Assembly: GCF_006345805.1 (NCBI RefSeq)
Contig: NC_043021.1
Location: forward strand, 16,492,001-16,556,000
Origin: Octopus sinensis
Lineage: Eukaryota
Length of the DNA: 64,000 nucleotides
Direction of reading: 5' to 3'
Shown here: positions 1 to 12,680 of the stretch, one piece after another
How positions within the stretch are numbered: the stretch's first letter is position 1
How the letters are laid out: every line of letters starts with the position of its first letter
Made by a program: the position numbers and the translations under genes
Notes under the pieces: model-generated
What the model was told of the DNA's origin: nothing
Seen by the model: the letters and a program-made list of their open reading frames with translations, nothing else
Databases searched by the model: none

Positions 1-136
1 GATTTCCACCTCAGCATCCGAAACTCAGAGTTTTATCTTGGCTATTGAATAATTGTCACATATTATTTTAGATAAATTTCCTCTATTTACATAATATTGA
101 GGTCGCTTTCTTTCTTTTGTTATCTTAACGTTTTTA

Positions 137-178
<42 letters not shown>

Positions 179-437
179 ATATAATATATCTGTAATATAA
201 TATGTGACAATTATTCAATAGCCAAGATAAAACTCTGAGTTTCGGATGCTGAGGTGGAAATCCACAACACCATCTTGGTTAACCGAAGAGATGGTGTTGT
301 GGATTTCCACCTCAGCATCCGAAACTCAGAGTTTTATCTTGGCTATTGAATAATTGTCACATATTATTTTAGATAAATTTCCTCTATTTACATAATATTG
401 AGGTCGCTTTCTTTCTTTTGTTATCTTAACGTTTTTA

Positions 438-440
<3 letters not shown>
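1..440 (+). mobile_element. Tandem (301-bp period) short (TA)n-associated element with a 79-bp perfect inverted repeat and a hammerhead-like motif; Penelope pLTR/retrozyme-like
   Basis: 1-140 repeats at 302-441. Arms 197-275 and 289-367 are exact reverse complements. CCGAAGA(283-289)-GATG...CATC-C-GAAA(321-324)-CTCAGAGTT matches type I hammerhead order. Confidence 0.6.
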
Positions 441-483
<43 letters not shown>

Positions 484-487
<4 letters not shown>

Positions 488-670
488 ATCCAAACAAGAA
501 AACACAAAAAACACAACAACGCGAGGATGTGGAACAAATATAGTATTATTGGACGCTCAGGGAAGAAGGAGGGCTTAACGTTTCGAGCGGAGCTCTTCGT
601 TGGAAACATAGGAGAAGGGAAGACAGAGGAAAAGAAATTGCCAACGGTACACACGAGGTCACATTTTGAA
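484..670 (-). mobile_element. Short (TA)n-flanked element with a degenerate minimal hammerhead motif
   Basis: Minus strand reads tgttt-CCAACGA-A-GAGC-tcc-GCTC-GAAACGTT-aagc (about 575-609): core, stem II hairpin, GAAA and palindromic ACGT helix III. Flanked by TA/GT microsatellites. Confidence 0.5.
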
Positions 671-1037
671 GTGTGTGTGTATATATATATACATGTGTGT
701 GTGTGTATATATATATGTATGAGCTTGGTGCAGCCTTCCAGCATGCCATCCCAGTCAAACCATGTAAAACAAACGATAGAGAAAAAAAATGGAATACACG
801 GGAAACTTTATTGCTCGCAAAGATCGTTTCAACACCTCCCACACCGATCCCTCGCAGGTGGGAAACTATACAGCTAGCTGTGGTGCATCCCACAGCGCAG
901 ATGCATCTCGTCAGGTGTTGTAATAAGGGGTATCTCGTTAAATGAACTACGCTTCACTCGGATTTAATACATGTGTCTGTCAGCTAAGGCTGTTGGTCCC
1001 ATGCATTGTATATATTGCCGCTGAGATAATAGAAGCA

Positions 1038-1479
1038 GGATATTTTCGGTTTGAACGGCAGTTTTTAACATAATTTCTACATAACTAAAAAATTTTAAAC
1101 TTCGTACACTGGTAGAATGTGTTTAGAAAACATCTTTTGCTCTTGGCTTTATTGAGAAAATTCCATAGTTTGTAAGATATTTGTTGGTTTTTTTTTTTTC
1201 TTCAATTTCTGCAATTTTAACCAATCAGTGATGTCTATTGAGTTAAAAAGCATTCTGTGCCGTATGAATATGTCCCTCGTTTAAGAAACAGATTGGGTTT
1301 ATTTACATTTCTGAAGCAAAAAAAAAAGATACCCTTACCCCCACCCCTAACCCTAACTCTAACTAACCCTAACCCTAAAACAGATTGAAATGCAATAGAT
1401 CGATTCTAGGGTCATAATTATGAGTGACAATTTCATATGACACCGCTAGAAAAAACTGCCGTTCAAACCGAAAAGATCC
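1038..1479. mobile_element. MITE, Merlin/IS1016-like
   Basis: 29-bp TIRs starting GG (GGAT[A/C]TTTTCGGTTTGAACGGCAGTTTTT); 8-bp TSD TAGAAGCA at 1030-1037 and 1480-1487; internal CCCTAA repeats. Confidence 0.8.
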
Positions 1480-2015
1480 TAGAAGCATCCCATTGTGTTT
1501 TGGGTAGCTTTATACTCTTGTTGAGTTCCCATAGTGCAAAACCTGATGTCCATGCTGACTTCCATGTCAAATGAAAGCCAAAAGGAAAATACGTTTGGCA
1601 TAGCAGAACTCCCTGGTTAGCCCAAAATGTTCATTCATATTATAACCTGGCGAGGGAACAGACTACCTATACATCTACCAACCTACTGCTTCCATTCACA
1701 ACTGATACCCTGTTTAAAATAAACGTTTTCAGTACTGATAGACCTGTCTGTTCCCCACCGCCTCTCCACATCCCCCATTTATTTTCTATGCTATATTTTG
1801 TACGTGTTCTGCCAGCTTTTTGCTTTATTATTATTATATTATTATTATTATTAGTAGTAGTAGTAGTAGTATAGTAGTAGTAGTAGTAGTAGTTTTTCTT
1901 CTTCCTTCAATTTTATTTCTATTTCTTGCTGAATGTCTTCCCAACATGTAAGGCAAAGAAACTCATTGTATTCAATGACAGGCCATTTAAAATAAACACA
2001 CTAGACCATTCATAA

Positions 2016-2574
2016 CAGCAATCCCTCGGCTATCGTGGGGGTTACGTTCCAAAACACCCCTCAATAGGCAAAAATCCACAAAGTAGAAAAACTACTGTAC
2101 TGTATATATTTTTTATTTTTATAACTTGTATACTCTGTTGTGTCTGGGGAGAGTCATTTTCTTTTTGTGCCTTATAATGTAATAAACTCACCGGTAAAAT
2201 TTCCACTTTTTTCTTATTTTTATTGTCCTAAAATTTTCGTTGCATCTTGCAGCGTTTTCAATAGTTTTGACTCTCTTTTGAAAAGGTTGCAAGACGCAAC
2301 GAAAATTTTAGGAAAATATAAATAAGAAAAAAGTGGAAATTTTACCGGTGAGTGTGTTACATAACAAGGCACAACAAGAAAATGACTCTCCCCAGACACA
2401 ACAGAATATGCTTCAACACACGAACTCATATAAAGAATCACGCAAACCAAATCCAAAAACGAAATTGTATATATTTATTTTATTTATAAATGCAAAACAC
2501 CACCACGGAGGAATCGACGTAAGCTTAAATAATAAACCGCGATAAATGAATCGTAGTATGACGAGGGATTACTG
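2016..2574. mobile_element. Tc1/mariner (pogo/Tigger-like) MITE with long internal foldback
   Basis: Termini CAG[C/T]AATCCCTCG / CGAGGGATTACTG followed by TA; about 125-bp internal inverted arms at about 2130-2400. Confidence 0.65.
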
Positions 2575-2974
2575 TATACCAAGAGTAAAAAAAATTATTT
2601 CCCTGGAAGGTTATTGTTCGTAAAGTGACAATGCTTCTTCTTAATACATGTGATGTGCCAGTTAAAACAATCTTTTGCACTTCTCACGGGGATGGTAAGC
2701 CAGGGAGCATTCTCAAATCATTTTCAGTTTGTGTTTTGATCATCCCTTGCTTAATTAAGGTTGATCTAGGATTCAGATCAATCACTGATCTAATTGGCCA
2801 TCCTGTGGTCACTTGGATAGAAAATCCTAGTTGGAGGTCAAATAAAGAATTTGAATAGTCGAAAACCTTGTCACAGCAGTAAATTGCAATCTGTGTATGG
2901 GGCAAGGTAGATAACTCTGCATGGTACTGTTTAGGTGACAGAAGCCAGCCAGCTCCGTTTCTGATGGTAAACGT

Positions 2975-3185
2975 TAGCACGCCGGGCGAAATGCGTAGCT
3001 GTATTTTGTCTGCCGTTACGTTCTGAGTTCAAATTCCGCCGAGGTCGACTTTGCCTTTCATCCTTTCGGGGTCGATAAATTAAGTAACAGTTACGCACTG
3101 GGATCGATATAATCGACTTAATTCGTTTGTCTGTCCTTGTTTGTCCCCTCTGTGTTTAGCCCCTTATGGGCAGTAAAGAAATAGG
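2975..3185 (+). mobile_element. SINE, family S3 (GGCGGCGAGCTGGCAGAA head type), 5'-truncated
   Basis: Matches copies at 34180-35010, 59204-59425 and 62175-62700; central GCCGAGGTCGACTTTGCCTTTCATCCTTTCGGGGTCGATAAATTAAGTA domain. Confidence 0.75.
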
Positions 3186-3779
3186 TAATGAATATTCTGT
3201 TCTTTAAAATGTCTACAAATGAATATTCTCTGAGACGAAAGCAACAGCATCATACCTTTCAGTGGTGTATATATGTTAAGTGTGACCCACAAGTAGCCAT
3301 TTTAAAATTAAAAATTCAAGAAAAAAAAAAAACAGGTGTTGCTGTTTAACCCTAGGTCATCCCTGGTCGCCTAGGCCCACGATGAAAGGTGTGCTAATTA
3401 TGGGCTTTTTTTTTTTAAACTCATCCTTTTATTTTTTTTTATGATGGCAACATGATAAAAGGGAGATTTGCTTGCTATTTCTAGCAAATCATACAACTAT
3501 GTAGCAGCTCTCTTGTTGGCTCAAAGAGAAAGAGATTGTGTCATTAGATCGTTCATCATTTCCATGCTTGCCTGGGTCAGACAGAATTTGTTGAGGCAGA
3601 TTTTCTGCGACCGGATGCCCTTCCTGTTGCCAACCCTCACCTGTTTCCAAGTCAGGTAATATCTTCCAGTGACAGGAATACCACAGAATATTGGGAACGG
3701 AGGACACTGCTTGCATTCACATTACATTGACACTTGTTAACGACGTACATGCAATGCCAAAGTAAGGAGACAGTAACAG

Positions 3780-3795
3780 ACACACATACACATAT

Positions 3796-3837
<42 letters not shown>

Positions 3838-5131
3838 GTACATATACACACACACACATATGTACATACACACACACACACATATGTACATATACACACA
3901 CACACACATATGTACATATACACACACACACATATGTACATATACACACACACACACACATATGTACATATATACACACACACACACACATATGTACATA
4001 TATACACACACACACACACATATGTACATATACACACACACACACATATGTACATACACACACACACATATGTACATACACACACACACATATGTACATA
4101 TACACACACACACACATATGTACATATATACACACACACACACACATATGTACATACACACACACACACACATATGTACATATATACACACACACACATA
4201 TGTACATATACACACACACACACACACATATGTACATATATACACACACACACACATATGTACATATATATACACACACACACACATATGTACATATATA
4301 CACACACACACATATGTACATATACACACACACACATATGTACATATATACACACACACACACACACACATATGTACATATATTCACACACTCACACATA
4401 TGTACATACACACACACACATATGTACATATACACACACACACATATGTACATATATACACACACACACACACACATATGTACATATACACACACACACA
4501 TATGTACATATACACACACACACATATGTACATATACACACACACATATGTACATACACACACACACACATATGTACATACACACACACATATGTACATA
4601 CACACATACATATGTACATACACACACATACGTACACATACATACGTACGTACATATACACACACATGTACATATACACACAATGTACATATACACACAT
4701 ACGTACATATACACATTCATACGTACATATACACACACATACGTACATATACACACACATACGTACATATACACACACATACGTACATATACACACACAT
4801 ACGTACATATACACACACATGCGTACATATACACACACATGCGTACATATAGACACACATACGTACATATACACACACATACGTTCATATACACACACAT
4901 ACTTTCATATACACACACATACGTTCATATACACACACATACGTTCATATACACACACATACTTACATATACACATACACACACACGTACATATACACAC
5001 ACGTACATACACACACGTACATACAACACATACGTACATACACACGTACGTACATACACACACGTATGTACATACACACACGTACGTACATATACACACA
5101 TACGTACATATACACCACACCACACACACAT
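3780..5131. repeat. Compound (CA)n/TATGTACATA microsatellite-minisatellite
   Basis: Units TATGTACATA(TA)n(CA)n grading into 20-bp TACGTACATATACACACACA units; source of the many HT/YT/CV ORFs. Confidence 0.95.
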
Positions 5132-5468
5132 ATGACCAGCTTCGTTCAGTTTCTGTCTACCAAAATACACATACAAGGCTGGCTTTGGTCAGCTTAGGGC
5201 TATACAAAACGACACTTGCTCAAGGTGGAACCAAAACTGAAACCACGGGGCCGGGAAGCAAACCACACAGCCATTCTCGTGTCTGTTTGATTCAAATGGG
5301 TTCTTCTTTAATTATGCTTCATATCTTAACCACCAAACTTCAGCACTTTTTAATCCTTTTTGCATGCTAATAATAATAATAATAATAACAATAATCATCT
5401 CTGCTTTTAATTCTCAAACGCACGCTGTACCTTGCATGTCTTAAACCCTGCTTTGTCTGTATTTTCAG

Positions 5469-5505
5469 AAATGAGCTGTGTTCATGAATACAGATTCTCT
5501 CTTGC
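5469..5505 (+). CDS. AGTRAP: AGTRAP-like gene, alternative microexon A (37 nt; xAA-MSCVHEYRFSLA)
   Basis: Pyrimidine-rich CTTTGTCTGTATTTTCAG acceptor; donor GTATCCTTT (U12 consensus) at 5506; phase 1 to phase 2; joins in frame to 25526; YRFxL[A/G] homologous to exon B and to human AGTRAP GRFGVG (recalled). Confidence 0.75.
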
Positions 5506-5936
5506 GTATCCTTTTCCCCCATTTAGTTTTACCTGAGTTTCTTTTTTTTTGTTTGTTTGTTTGTTTGGTTGGTTGTTGTTTTCTTGCTTGTTACTCTTTT
5601 ACTTGTTTCAGTCATTTGACTGCGGCCATGCTGGAGCACCGCCTTTAATCACACATTCCTTTTTTTTGCACCATTTTCTTAACTTTTTCTAGTTTTCAAG
5701 TATGTGGTGTGGAGGTGGTGGTGGTGGTGGTGGTGGCGTCTTTTATCATCTCCTCCTCCTCCTCCTCCTCCCTGACCCCCTCCCGTTCCACTTCATTTCC
5801 CCGCCCTCAAACTGATGTTCACTGCATCCACCTCAATTCCCGTCTCTAATCATCTGCCACGCTCTTTTCACGCCCAGACTCACTCACCCACCTTTTCTGT
5901 TTCTCTATCACTACTCTCACTCTTGTATTCACCCCG

Positions 5937-6092
5937 TGGTGAAGGTGCGTGGCTTATTGGTTAGGGTATTTGGCTCTTGATCATAAGGTTGTGAGATCGA
6001 TTCCTGGCAACAACCTTGCCTGGACTTGTACCTGGGAGGGTAACTTTCTAGGTGCAATCCCACGGTCAGTCATGACCGAAGGGGGTCTCAGC
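5937..6092 (+). mobile_element. Internally deleted tRNA-derived SINE (S5 family)
   Basis: Head GTGAAGG[C/T]GC..TGGCT and tail GGAGGGTAACTTTCTAGGTGCAATCCCA..GACCGAAGGGGGTC both match the full copy at 57799-58143. Confidence 0.65.
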
Positions 6093-6221
6093 ATCACACA
6101 ACTTCATTTTGTTGAGTGTAGTATTGGTTATGAACTGCATATATCTAATTTGAAGGCTTTCAAAAAAATTATTTGATGTATACATATATATATATATATA
6201 TAAAAATATATATATCATCTT

Positions 6222-6485
6222 TGTTTAATGTCCGTTTTCTATGCTAGCATGGGTTGGACGGTTCGACCGGGGTCTGGGAAGCCAGGAGGCTGCACCAGGC
6301 TCCAGTCTGATCTGGCAGTGTTTCTACCGCTAGATGCCCTTCCTAATGCCAACCACTCCGTGAGTGTAGTGGGTGCTTTTTACGTGCCACCAGCACAGGT
6401 GCCTTGGGTGGCTGGCAACGGCCACGATTGGTTGGTGCTTTTTACGTGCCACCGGCACGGAAGCCAGTCAAGGTGGCGCTGGCAT
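6222..6485. mobile_element. SINE-like repeat, family S2
   Basis: TTTAATGTCCGTTTTCTATGCTAGCATGGGTTGGACGG...GTGCTTTTTACGTGCCACC; many copies in the window. Confidence 0.75.
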
Positions 6486-6540
6486 ATAGTTGAAAAAATA
6501 TTAGAGATCTATACAAATCAAATTTTTATATACTCTTCTA

Positions 6541-6946
6541 CTCTCTTTTACTTGTTTCAGTCATTTGACTGCGGCCATGCTGGAGCACCGCCTTTAGTCG
6601 AGCAACTCGACCCCGGGACTTATTCTTTTTGTAAGCCCAGTACTTATTCTATCGGTCACTTTTTGCTGAACCGCTAAGTGACGGGGACGTAAACACACCA
6701 GCATCGGTTGTCAAGCAATGCTAGGGGAACAAACATAGACACACAAACGCACACACATACATACACATATATATACATATATATGACAGGCTTCTTTCAG
6801 TTTCCATCTACCAAATCCACTCACAAGGCATCGGTCGGCCCGGGGCTATAGCAGAAGACACTTGCCCAAGGTGCCACGCAGTGGGACTGAACCCGGAACC
6901 ATGTGGTTGGTTAGCAAGCTACTTACCACACAGCCACTCCTGCGCC
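6541..6946 (-). mobile_element. Full-length tRNA-derived SINE, family S1
   Basis: Minus strand starts GGCGCAGGAGTGGCTGTGTGGTAAG with A/B-box-like motifs (GGTTCAGTCC), has an internal microsatellite and ends AAACAAGTAAAAGAG. Confidence 0.85.
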
Positions 6947-7281
6947 TATATATAAAAGGTGGAGGTGGAAATAGCACAGATGTAAGTCTAAGACATTTCA
7001 ACTTAGGAGGGAATTTAATAAAAATGATTTTTTGAAAATTATATTAAGAAAATATTACCAGTTTTGATGAATCTCATCTTGTCAAATATCAGTAAAAATT
7101 TACTTCAAATTTTTATAAATTTTTACTATTTGATAAAATGGGATTCACCAAAACCCTTAATATTTTCTTTATATAATTTTTTAAAAATCATTTTTATTAA
7201 ATTCCTTCTTAAATTGAAATGTCTCAGACTTACTTCTGTACTATTTCCACCTCCATCTTTTATATATATATATATATATAT

Positions 7282-7490
7282 GTATCCTTTTTCCAAGAAA
7301 TCTAATGCTCATATCTTAGTTTTTCCTTGGAGCTGGCCGGATCAGAGCGATCTCAAGATTAATCAGCCGAAATTGTGAGGATGATCCGGTTCTTGACTGA
7401 AGATTGAAGGTTTCGAATGTCCCGTCCGTGTTTTTTGTATCGTCTTCTAAATGTTTTGCGTTCTTGTCCCAGTTTGTATTTTTTTACATA
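7282..7490 (+). mobile_element. Short (TA)n-inserted element (same family as 28737-29012)
   Basis: Shares CGAAATTGTGAGGATGATCC.GTTCTTGACTGA and TTTTGCGTTCTTGTCCC with the palindromic copy; flanked by TA repeats. Confidence 0.55.
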
Positions 7491-7504
7491 TACATATGTA
7501 TACA

Positions 7505-7765
7505 TCGCCTGGCCCCGTGCCGGTGACACGTAAAAGCACCATCCGTTCGTGGCCGTTCGCCAGCTCTGTCTGGCACCTGTGCTGGTGGCACGTAAAAAAC
7601 ACCCACTACACTCGCGGAGTGGTTGGCGTTAGGAAGGGCATCCAGCCGTAGAAACACTGCCAGATCTGACTGGGCCTGACGAAGCCTTCCAGCTTCACAG
7701 ACCCCAGTTGACCCGTCCAACCCATGCTAGCATGGAAAGCGGATGCTAAACGATGATGATGATGA

Positions 7766-7770
<5 letters not shown>
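7505..7770. mobile_element. SINE-like repeat, family S2
   Basis: GCACCCACTACACTC...AGGAAGGGCATCCAGC...CCAACCCATGCTAGCATGG, ending in a (GAT)n tail. Confidence 0.75.
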
Positions 7771-7838
<68 letters not shown>

Positions 7839-8864
7839 TGTAGAGGCAGTATAGTCAAATGGTTTAAGAAGTTTGTTTTGCAACCATTAGGTCTTACTTT
7901 CAATTCCACTGTTAGGAATTCTTGAGCAAGTGTCATCTCCTATAGCCTTGGGTCAACTCATACTTTGTGAATGAAACTGGGAGAATGGAAACTGTACGGA
8001 ATCCCATCAGATTCACCTATGTCCTGCAACATCACACTGATCCTGCCTGAGAATTACATTGATGTACATGTGTTTGTGTGTGGAATACTCAACCACCTAC
8101 ATGTTAATTCAAACAACTAAATTCTCATCACTGAATGACTGGAAACCAACTAAATGTGTGTGTGGTGGGGGTCTGTTTGTGTGAATGTGTATATATATAT
8201 ATATATATATGTATGTATGCACACACATTTATCCACACAGAAAAAAATGTGTGACCACACGAATCCTGGTTTTACTATGAGTATACTGTCCTGGAATTTA
8301 GCTATTTAGACACATGCCCACCTCCCCACTACCATTTTTATAGACAATAGGAGGGGGTTTGTTGAATATGTCACTGCCTTATCCTATTTAGTTCAAGTAC
8401 GGGAAGGAAGTACTTGCCATTTATAATGATGGTGATGATAATTTTTTTTTTTTGCTATTTTTGGCTCAAGGTCAGCAATTTTAAGGCAAAGGGACAAGTT
8501 GATTCATCGACCCCAGTATTCAACTGGTACTTATTTTATCGACCCCCCCACCCACCCCAAAAAAAGGATGAGTAGCAAAGTCAACCTCTGTCGCATCTGA
8601 ACTCAAAAGATGATGTGCCGGAAGAAATGTCGCTAAGCGTTTTGTTCTTCCTGGTGACAGTTCTGCCAGTTCATCACCTTAATAATAACGGTTTCAAGTT
8701 TTGGAACAAGGCAGGCAATTTCAGCAGGGGTTAAGTTGGTTACATCAGTTCAGGTACTTGACTGGTACTTTATTTTATTGCCCCTGCACTCCTACCCTAA
8801 AGCAGTGGCTCTCAACTGAGAGCCAATATTTCAATATCAGCCAACATATAGGAAACCTGGGAGG

Positions 8865-9750
8865 TAGTCCAAGAATGAGATGGATAATATCCATAGTCTG
8901 AGTTTGGCTATGCTAGGAGACCTAGGGAGCAGATGAAGAACAAGATAGTTGGATAATGTCCATAGTCTGAATTGGCCATGAATGTTGGGTGATGACCAGA
9001 AGAGTGCAATCACGAATACAAGTGGCTGAAATGTGGTCCACTAAAGGATCTCTAGACTAGCGTTACTTAACAGGATGTTTAACTCAGAGATCATGGAGTC
9101 TCTCCAGGTTGAGCCACCACTTCTTCGCATTGAGAAGTCACAGCTCCACTACTATGGACATGTGATTAGAATGTTGCAGGAGAGAATTGCATGATGGATT
9201 TATCAAGTTAAGGCAGGAGACGAAGGGGTGGACCAAGAATAAAATGGTTGGATAATATTGATAGAGTTGGTCATGAATGTTGGGTAGTGACTGAAATAAT
9301 CGTGAATACTAAGTGGATGAAATGGGGGTCTGCTAAAGGATTTCTGAAGTAGTTGGTATTACTTGACAGGGTGTGTAGCTCAGCAATCAGGCAGTCTCTC
9401 CAGACTGAGCCACCACTTCTCTGCATTGAGAGGTCATGGCTCTGTTATTATGGACATATGATTAGAATGTCTCAGGAAAGAATTGCAAGACAGATTTTTC
9501 AAACCAAGCCAATTGGTAGGAGACCAAGGGGTAGACCAAGAATGAGATGGTTGGATAATGTCCTTAGTCTGAGTTGGTCATGCTTGGAGATCCAGCCGGA
9601 AAGTAGAATGGCAGTTGCTTCTGATAAGACATTATGGAGGCAGTACCTGAAGACTTTACCCTTTGACTGGCAGGAGACCTAGGGGTGGACCAAGAATGAG
9701 ATGTCCATTGTCTGAGTTGGTCATGCTTGGAGATCCAGCCGGAAAGTTTT
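8865..9750 (+). pseudogene. Decayed, tandemly reiterated 3' ends of an RTE-clade LINE ORF2
   Basis: ORF 9353-9682 encodes IERSWLCYYGHMIRM..ERIARQ..GRRPRGRPRMRW, the typical RTE C-terminus; partial repeats of the same segment lie on both sides. Confidence 0.8.
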
Positions 9751-10354
9751 AATGATAGCTGTTTCTGTTAGGACCCCACAGATGAGGTGCCTGAGGGCTC
9801 TCCTTCTATAACCTCCCCCCAGGAATAGTGGATGAAGATGGATGAATAGACAGTAGCTTGCTTTCCAACCACATGGTTCTGGGTTCAGTCCCTTTGCCTG
9901 GCACATTTGGGTGTTTTCTACCATAGCCTCAAGCTGATCAAAACCTTGTGAGTGGAATTGGTAGATGGAAATTGAAAAAAGCCCTCTGTTTGTGTGTGTC
10001 TTTGTATCAGTGTTTGTCCCCCATAACTTAGCAGTTTAGCAAAAGGGGCCACTAGCATAAATACCAGGCTTAAGAAAAAAGTACTGGGTTTGATTTATTC
10101 AACTAAAAATTCTTCAAGGCACTGCCCTAGTATGGTCACAGTCTGATGACTGTAACAAGTAATAGATGACAGATCTGATAAATGGTTAAGTGGCTGAGTC
10201 AGTAGATTGACAGATTGAACTGGTGTGCAGTATTTGTTCTGGTTTTCTGGGCTCTGGGTTCAAGTTCCATCAAAGTCATCCTTGCTTTTCTCATCTGTTG
10301 AGGCTGATAAATAAGGAGTTCAAATCGGTGAACTGGCAGAATTCTTTGAGCATT

Positions 10355-10611
10355 CATCTTAATGCTGTGTGGTGTCCCTTTTCACTTTCTGTGTTCTGAG
10401 TTGAACTTTTTGCCTCAGTGCCAATGGCCAGGGCAAATCAACTGGCCAAAAAAGCACCTTGGTCAGAGGCCTACAATCACAGCATCTTAATGCTGTGTGG
10501 TGTCCCTTTTCACTCTCTGTGTTCTGAGTTGAAATTTTTGCTTCAGTGCCAGTGGCCAGGACAAATCAACTGGCCAAAAAAGCACCTTGGTCAGGGGCCT
10601 ACAATCACAGC
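10355..10611. repeat. Direct tandem duplication, about 129 bp x2
   Basis: CATCTTAATGCTGTGTGGTGTCCC...GGCCTACAATCACAG occurs twice back to back. Confidence 0.85.
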
Positions 10612-12323
10612 ATATTAAGATGACAATAGTATGCCATGGCCTTGTCCAGCTCAAAATTGGAAACTGTTGAATCAACATGGTTACAATCATCATCATCGTT
10701 TTAATGTCTGCTTTTCTATGCTTTGAATGTGTCAGACAAAATTTGGCGATGCAAATTTTCTATGGCTGGTTGCTCTTCCAGCCACCAACCTTCAATTGTC
10801 TCCAAACAAGGTAAAATTTCCTTTACACTTTCAAACATGAACGGTACAACAGCCAGACATGTTTTCATGGAAGATTGCAAGTTAATGGCACCACTTCTAT
10901 CACAACAACGTTTGTCTACATTTAGTGCATGTTATCAAGAAACAGACATGCTTGTGCATATATGCACACACACACACACACACATACACAAGCTTATCAT
11001 AGATATATATACATATAATAGGTTCGTAGGGATAAGATAATCCAGGTGTTTATCTTGGTAAGTACTCACATGGATAATAGCTATATATATATGTGTATGT
11101 ATGTATATTTATATATAGATGTATGTGTGTATATATATGTGTACATATATATATATAAGCTTCTTGCAATTTCCTCAATCCACATTCACTCACAGTCGGT
11201 CTAGTCCTATTGTACAAGACACTTACCCCATGGGTGTTATGCAAAACTTCTTAACCACATAGCCATGTCTGCATCTAGTTTTGCTGTGCTGCACCTTTTT
11301 ATTATTGTCTGCCCCTGTTTTTGTTGCCTGCCCCTGCTGCAATGGAAAACCGAAATTCAGCTAAAGCCATCACATTCCTTATATATACTAGGCTTTTTAA
11401 AAATTGCTTTGTCAACAAGGGCAGCGTTCATATCCCTGCTCAGGGTCTCTGACACTGGTGGGAAGGAGACAGGTATCCTTAAACCAGACATCTGGCAGGA
11501 ATCCTTGCAACGGACCGGCCTCTTCCATTAAAGCCACCATTAAACAAGGCAGTGGAGTGAGTCTATATTCCAAACAGGTAGCGGCAGGATGCTATCCTTG
11601 CTGCACCCTGGTCCTTATGAAGCTACCCTTGCCTGCATCCTGGCTCCTTTGAGGTTACCTCTTCTGCACCCTGGCCCCCTGTGTTATGCATTGGTTCCTA
11701 TGAGACTGTTCATGTACCCTCGTTAGCTATTCTTTTGTCCCGTTTCCTGTGAGGTAAGGTTCCTCTAACTTGGTTCTTGTGAGTCTGTCTCCACTGCACC
11801 CTGGTCCCTGTGAGGTTTATGCCTTGACCTTTTCTTTGTGAGTCTTTCTCCCCCCCTCTCCCCCCTCTCTCACTCTCCTTTTCTCTCTCAACCACCACCA
11901 CCACCCCTGCCACATATGCTTATTGCTTTCACCATCCTGTTGAATCAGTTATGGGGTTGGTATGATTGCTTTGAATCTTTGATGATGGTGGTGCTGCTGC
12001 ATGGCCACAATCCAATGAATGAATGAACGAAACAAAAAAAAAACACTAAAAGAAAATAAAAAGGGAACTGAATCTAAAATTGAAATCTTGAAGGGAAAAA
12101 ATAGAAAAAAATAGAAAGAAAAATAATTTTTTGAAAATTGAAATTATTTTTGGTTGTACATTAAGACTCTTTGAACAATGTTAAAAACATGATCAGGAAC
12201 TCTTGACCGATTATCTTGAGTTCTTGTTCTTCCTCTTCACTGCACCATCTCCCACAGCCTGTTGCCTGTATCATAAGTTTTTTTGTTTATTTTATTATTT
12301 GTGTTGTTTACCTTTATATGCAT

Positions 12324-12367
<44 letters not shown>

Positions 12368-12465
12368 TTATGTGTTTGTATAGATGATTTTGATAATAAT
12401 AGATCTTCTAAAAAAATTTGTTTTGTGCTTATATCATTATTATTATTATCATCATTATTATTATC

Positions 12466-12496
<31 letters not shown>

Positions 12497-12497
<1 letters not shown>

Positions 12498-12680
12498 CTT
12501 CGCCCGAAGGCAGAGGTATTGTTTTCCGTCATGTTTGGTTGTTTGTCCATGGACAAGATATCTCAAGAACCGCTGGATGGATTTGGATGAAACTTTCAGG
12601 GATGTTTGGCCTCATGACTGGCACGAGCTGATTAGGTTTTGGGATCAATCCAGTACCGGACAAGGATTCTGGATCATTTT
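12497..12680 (+). mobile_element. Helentron/HINE (DINE-1-like) non-autonomous element, 5' part
   Basis: After an (ATT)n run: TCTTCGCC-cgaa-GGCAGAGG hairpin, then TATTGTTTT...GGATGGATTTGGATGAAACTTTCAGG, the recalled HINE-type body; no 3' end seen. Confidence 0.5.

Noticed and set aside
1343-1377. Telomere or chromosome end
   Set aside because: Short degenerate CCCTAA runs lie inside TSD-flanked MITEs.
3652-5370. Long ORFs of up to 486 aa (HT/YT/CV repeats), and similar ORFs at 13930, 17067, 30354, 31347, 43531, 53467 and 62879
   Set aside because: Translations of CA/TA/GACA microsatellites, which lack stops by composition.
7282-7290. GTATCCTTT as a third U12 donor
   Set aside because: Directly follows a (TA)n tract at the edge of a repeat element; no acceptor or YRF-like exon upstream.
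7320-7420. Hammerhead in the 7282/28737 family
   Set aside because: A helix-II-like stem and GAAA are present, but I could place no CUGANGA core or valid NUH site.
11444-11480. Possible third microexon ending in GTATCCTTA (11473)
   Set aside because: 29 nt (wrong phase), a TGA in the required frame, and no YRF similarity.
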